Shown here: piece by piece, positions 60,825-64,000 of the stretch
Numbering within the stretch: position 1 is the stretch's first letter
Layout of the letters: each line of letters opens with the position of its first letter
DNA from: a phage
Strand: one strand, 5' to 3'
DNA: 64,000 nucleotides
Sequence record: PZ452578.1
Notes under the pieces: model-generated
Database searches by the model: none
Seen by the model: the letters and a program-made list of their open reading frames with translations, nothing else
Told to the model about the DNA's origin: nothing
Translations under genes and position numbers: made by a program

Positions 60825-62629
60825 TGAAACAAAATATTAATATCGGTAATGTTGTTGATGATGGTACCGGTGACTACCTGCGTAAAGGTGGTATAAAAAT
60901 AAATGAAAACTTTGATGAACTTTATTATGAACTTGGTGATGGAGATGTTCCATATTCAGCCGGTGCCTGGAAAACTTATAATGCTTCATCTGGACAAACA
61001 CTAACGGCAGAATGGGGAAAATCATATGCCATTAACACTTCATCTGGAAGAGTAACTCTACAACTTCCTAAAGGAACCGTTAATGATTATAATAAAGTAA
61101 TTAAAGCTAGGGATGTATTTGCAACATGGAATGTTAATCCAGTTACTCTAGTAGCCGCTTCTGGTGATACTATTAAAGGATCATCGTCATCAGTTGAAAT
61201 TAATGTTCAATTTAGCGATTTAGAATTAGTTTATTGTGCTCCAGGACGTTGGGAATATGTCAAAAACAAACAAATTGACAAAATTATTAGTTCAGATATT
61301 AGTAATGTAGCACGTAAAGAATTTTTAGTCGAAGTTCAAGGACAAACAGACTTTTTAGATGTTTTCCGTGGAACTAGCTATAATGTTAATAACATCCGAG
61401 TAAAACACCGCGGTAATGAATTATATTATGGCGATGTATTTAGTGAAAACAGTGACTTTGGCTCTCCTGGGGAAAATGAAGGAGAATTGATTCCTCTTGA
61501 TGGATTTAATATTAGGTTAAGACAGCCTTGTAATATTGGTGACACCGTTCAAATTGAAACATTTATGGATGGTGTATCACAATGGAGAAGTTCATATACA
61601 AGACGCCAAATAAAAGTATTAGATTCAAAATTAACGTCAAAAACTTCTTTAGAAGGAAGTATTTACGTTACTGATTTATCAACAATGAAATCAATTCCAT
61701 TCTCTGCATTTGGATTAATTCCTGGAGAACCTATTAATCCTAATTCTCTTGAAGTTCGTTTTAATGGAATTTTACAACAACAAGCTGGAACAGCCGGATA
61801 TCCTCTGTTTTTGTGTGAAGGTGCTAATTCAGATACGCAAGCAGGATGTATATCTCTTGGCGGTGAATGGAAAGAATCGAATACAGATTATTCTATAGAA
61901 TATGAAGATGGAAAACCTGTCAGTCTTTTATTTGATAGAAAATTTGAATCCGGCGATATAATCGTTATAACATGGTTCAATAATGATTTAGGAACTCTTT
62001 TAGAAAAAGATGACATTATTGAATTAACTGATGACCGTTATGTTAGTAAAGGATCATCTACTGAAGTTACTGGTGATGTAGCCTTAACAGATTTTGATAA
62101 AATCGGTTGGCCAAATGTTGAAAAAGTTGATTCTTATACTAGAACGTATAATTCAATATCATCTATTTTCGACAGCATTTATCCTGTTGGTTCAATTTAT
62201 GAAAATGCTATAAACCCAAATAATCCGGTGACTTATATGGGATTTGGTTCATGGAAATTATTTGGTAAAGGGCAGGTTTTAGTAGGATGGAATGATGATG
62301 TTACAGATCCAAACTTTGCATTAAACAATAATGATTTAGATTCTAGCGGAAATCCTTCACATACCGCCGGTGGAACAGTTGGTACAACATCAGTAACGCT
62401 TGAAAACGCAAATCTTCCTGCGACTAAAACTGATGAAAGAGTTTTAATTGAAGACGAAAATGGATCAGTTATTATTGGAGGATGTCAATATGACCCAGAC
62501 GAAACTGGTCCTATATATACAAAATATCGTGAAGACTACGCAACAACAAACTCTTCACATACTCCTCCTGCTAATATTAGTAATATTCAACCGTCTATTA
62601 CTGTATACCGTTGGATAAGGATTGCATAA
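60824..62629 (+). CDS. 10: baseplate wedge protein gp10
   Basis: 601-aa ORF. Confidence 0.93.
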   Translation: MKQNINIGNVVDDGTGDYLRKGGIKINENFDELYYELGDGDVPYSAGAWKTYNASSGQTLTAEWGKSYAINTSSGRVTLQLPKGTVNDYNKVIKARDVFATWNVNPVTLVAASGDTIKGSSSSVEINVQFSDLELVYCAPGRWEYVKNKQIDKIISSDISNVARKEFLVEVQGQTDFLDVFRGTSYNVNNIRVKHRGNELYYGDVFSENSDFGSPGENEGELIPLDGFNIRLRQPCNIGDTVQIETFMDGVSQWRSSYTRRQIKVLDSKLTSKTSLEGSIYVTDLSTMKSIPFSAFGLIPGEPINPNSLEVRFNGILQQQAGTAGYPLFLCEGANSDTQAGCISLGGEWKESNTDYSIEYEDGKPVSLLFDRKFESGDIIVITWFNNDLGTLLEKDDIIELTDDRYVSKGSSTEVTGDVALTDFDKIGWPNVEKVDSYTRTYNSISSIFDSIYPVGSIYENAINPNNPVTYMGFGSWKLFGKGQVLVGWNDDVTDPNFALNNNDLDSSGNPSHTAGGTVGTTSVTLENANLPATKTDERVLIEDENGSVIIGGCQYDPDETGPIYTKYREDYATTNSSHTPPANISNIQPSITVYRWIRIA

Positions 62630-63288
62630 TGAGTTTACTTAATAATAAAGCGGGAGTTATTTCCCGCTTAGCAGATTTTCTTGGTTTTAGAACTAAGAAA
62701 AATGATATTTCGGTTATGAATAATCAGCCGGTAGGCGCTGTAACAATTTCACAAATAGCAAAAGGTTTTTATGACCCAAATGTAGAATCTGCTATCAACG
62801 ATGTTAGAAATATGGCAGAGCAACAGGTTGGAGCTGTATTAATTAATATAAGCGGCGTATCTCCTACTGGCGTACAACAAACAGACTATTGGTCATTTGA
62901 AGGAACTGTTACTGATACTTCAGCCAAACCAGGTGACCCAGTTATTGTTAACATGTTTGGTATTCCAGTTAAAGCTACTAACGGAATGACTTCAATTGAA
63001 TTTACCAGTGCCGTTAGAATAGCTCTACAGGAAATGGTTGCAAAATTTATTGCAATTGATTCATTTGAAGACCATCCTACCATAGGAAATAAAATACAAG
63101 TTAAGTATTTAGATAACCAAGAACATATCTTAGAGCAATACTCTGATAAAGGAATTACTTTCAAACAAGAAATAATTTCTCCTTCTAAACCTGGATATGG
63201 AACTTGGCAATTATTAGGTGCGCAAACTGTCACGTTAGATAGTCACACACAACCTACAGTATTTTATTATTTTGAGAGAATAGCATGA
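62629..63288 (+). CDS. 11: baseplate wedge protein gp11
   Basis: 219 aa from the ATG overlapping the gene 10 stop (TAATG); the ORF track starts earlier at a TTG. Confidence 0.9.
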   Translation: MSLLNNKAGVISRLADFLGFRTKKNDISVMNNQPVGAVTISQIAKGFYDPNVESAINDVRNMAEQQVGAVLINISGVSPTGVQQTDYWSFEGTVTDTSAKPGDPVIVNMFGIPVKATNGMTSIEFTSAVRIALQEMVAKFIAIDSFEDHPTIGNKIQVKYLDNQEHILEQYSDKGITFKQEIISPSKPGYGTWQLLGAQTVTLDSHTQPTVFYYFERIA

Positions 63289-64000
63289 GTAATAATACAT
63301 ATCAGCACGTATCAAATGAATCAAAATATGTTAAATTCGATCCTACTGGATCGAATTTTCCTGACACTGTTACGACGGTGCAGTCTGCATTATCAAAAAT
63401 AAGTAATATCGGCGTAAATGGTATTCCTGATGCATCTATGGAAGTTAAAGGAATAGCAATGATTGCATCAGAGCAAGAGGTTTTAGATGGAACAAATAAT
63501 TCTAAAATCGTTACACCAGCTACATTAGCAACAAGATTATTGTATCCAAATGCTACTGAAACTAAATATGGTTTAACGCGTTATTCAACAAATGAAGAAA
63601 CATTAGAAGGCTCAGATAATAATTCATCAATAACACCGCAAAAACTGAAATACCATACTGATGATGTGTTCCAAAATAGATATTCGTCTGAGTCATCAAA
63701 CGGGGTTATTAAAATATCATCTACGCCTGCAGCTTTGGCTGGTGTCGATGATACTACGGCGATGACTCCGCTGAAAACTCAAAAACTTGCAATAAAATTA
63801 ATTTCACAAATAGCTCCTTCAGAAGACACTGCAACAGAATCTGTGAGAGGAGTAGTTCAATTATCTACTGTTGCACAAACTCGTCAAGGAACTCTCCGTG
63901 AAGGATATGCAATTTCCCCGTATACCTTTATGAATTCTGTTGCAACACAAGAATATAAGGGTGTTATACGTTTAGGAACACAATCGGAAATTAACAGTAA
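63285..64000 (+). CDS. 12: short tail fibre protein gp12 (5' part, truncated by window end)
   Basis: Starts [22 protein letters not shown]..., open to the window end. Confidence 0.88.
   Translation, partial: MSNNTYQHVSNESKYVKFDPTGSNFPDTVTTVQSALSKISNIGVNGIPDASMEVKGIAMIASEQEVLDGTNNSKIVTPATLATRLLYPNATETKYGLTRYSTNEETLEGSDNNSSITPQKLKYHTDDVFQNRYSSESSNGVIKISSTPAALAGVDDTTAMTPLKTQKLAIKLISQIAPSEDTATESVRGVVQLSTVAQTRQGTLREGYAISPYTFMNSVATQEYKGVIRLGTQSEINS

Noticed and set aside
55328-63233. Antisense ORFs inside tail genes (55328..55525, 57783..57986, 58575..58805, 59243..59578, 60027..60212, 60837..61025, 62886..63233)
   Set aside because: All are on the opposite strand within long, well-supported baseplate genes and lack promoters or SD sequences.

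Overview
This window is a co-linear segment of a T4-like (T-even, Tevenvirinae) phage genome running from the replication genes to the baseplate genes. On the minus strand it carries 43 (DNA polymerase), regA, 62, 44, 45, rpbA, 46, 47, alpha-glucosyltransferase, 55, nrdH/nrdG/nrdD, 49, nrdC, rI, tk, regB, e (lysozyme), nudE, a cluster of 10 tRNAs, ipI, 57B (Acb1), 57A, 1, 3, 2 and 4. On the plus strand it carries the late genes 53, 5, 5.1, 5.4, 6, 7, 8, 9, 10, 11 and the start of 12. All assignments come from reading the ORF translations and motifs by eye; no database search was run. The phage is not T4 itself as I remember it: nrdD is uninterrupted (no group I intron), no mobC lies between nrdD and nrdG, no denV or segB is present, and two tRNAs (Tyr, Asn) not in the T4 set are present. 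Accessory content sits between the conserved genes: freestanding HNH and GIY-YIG endonuclease genes, several capsid-targeting-sequence (CTS) internal-protein-like genes, a macro-domain protein, a nucleotidyltransferase/P-loop ATPase module, and repeated early-promoter/stem-loop cassettes (PeSL-like). I cannot show that any of these is previously undescribed; the strongest candidates are listed in the findings with the checks that would decide them.
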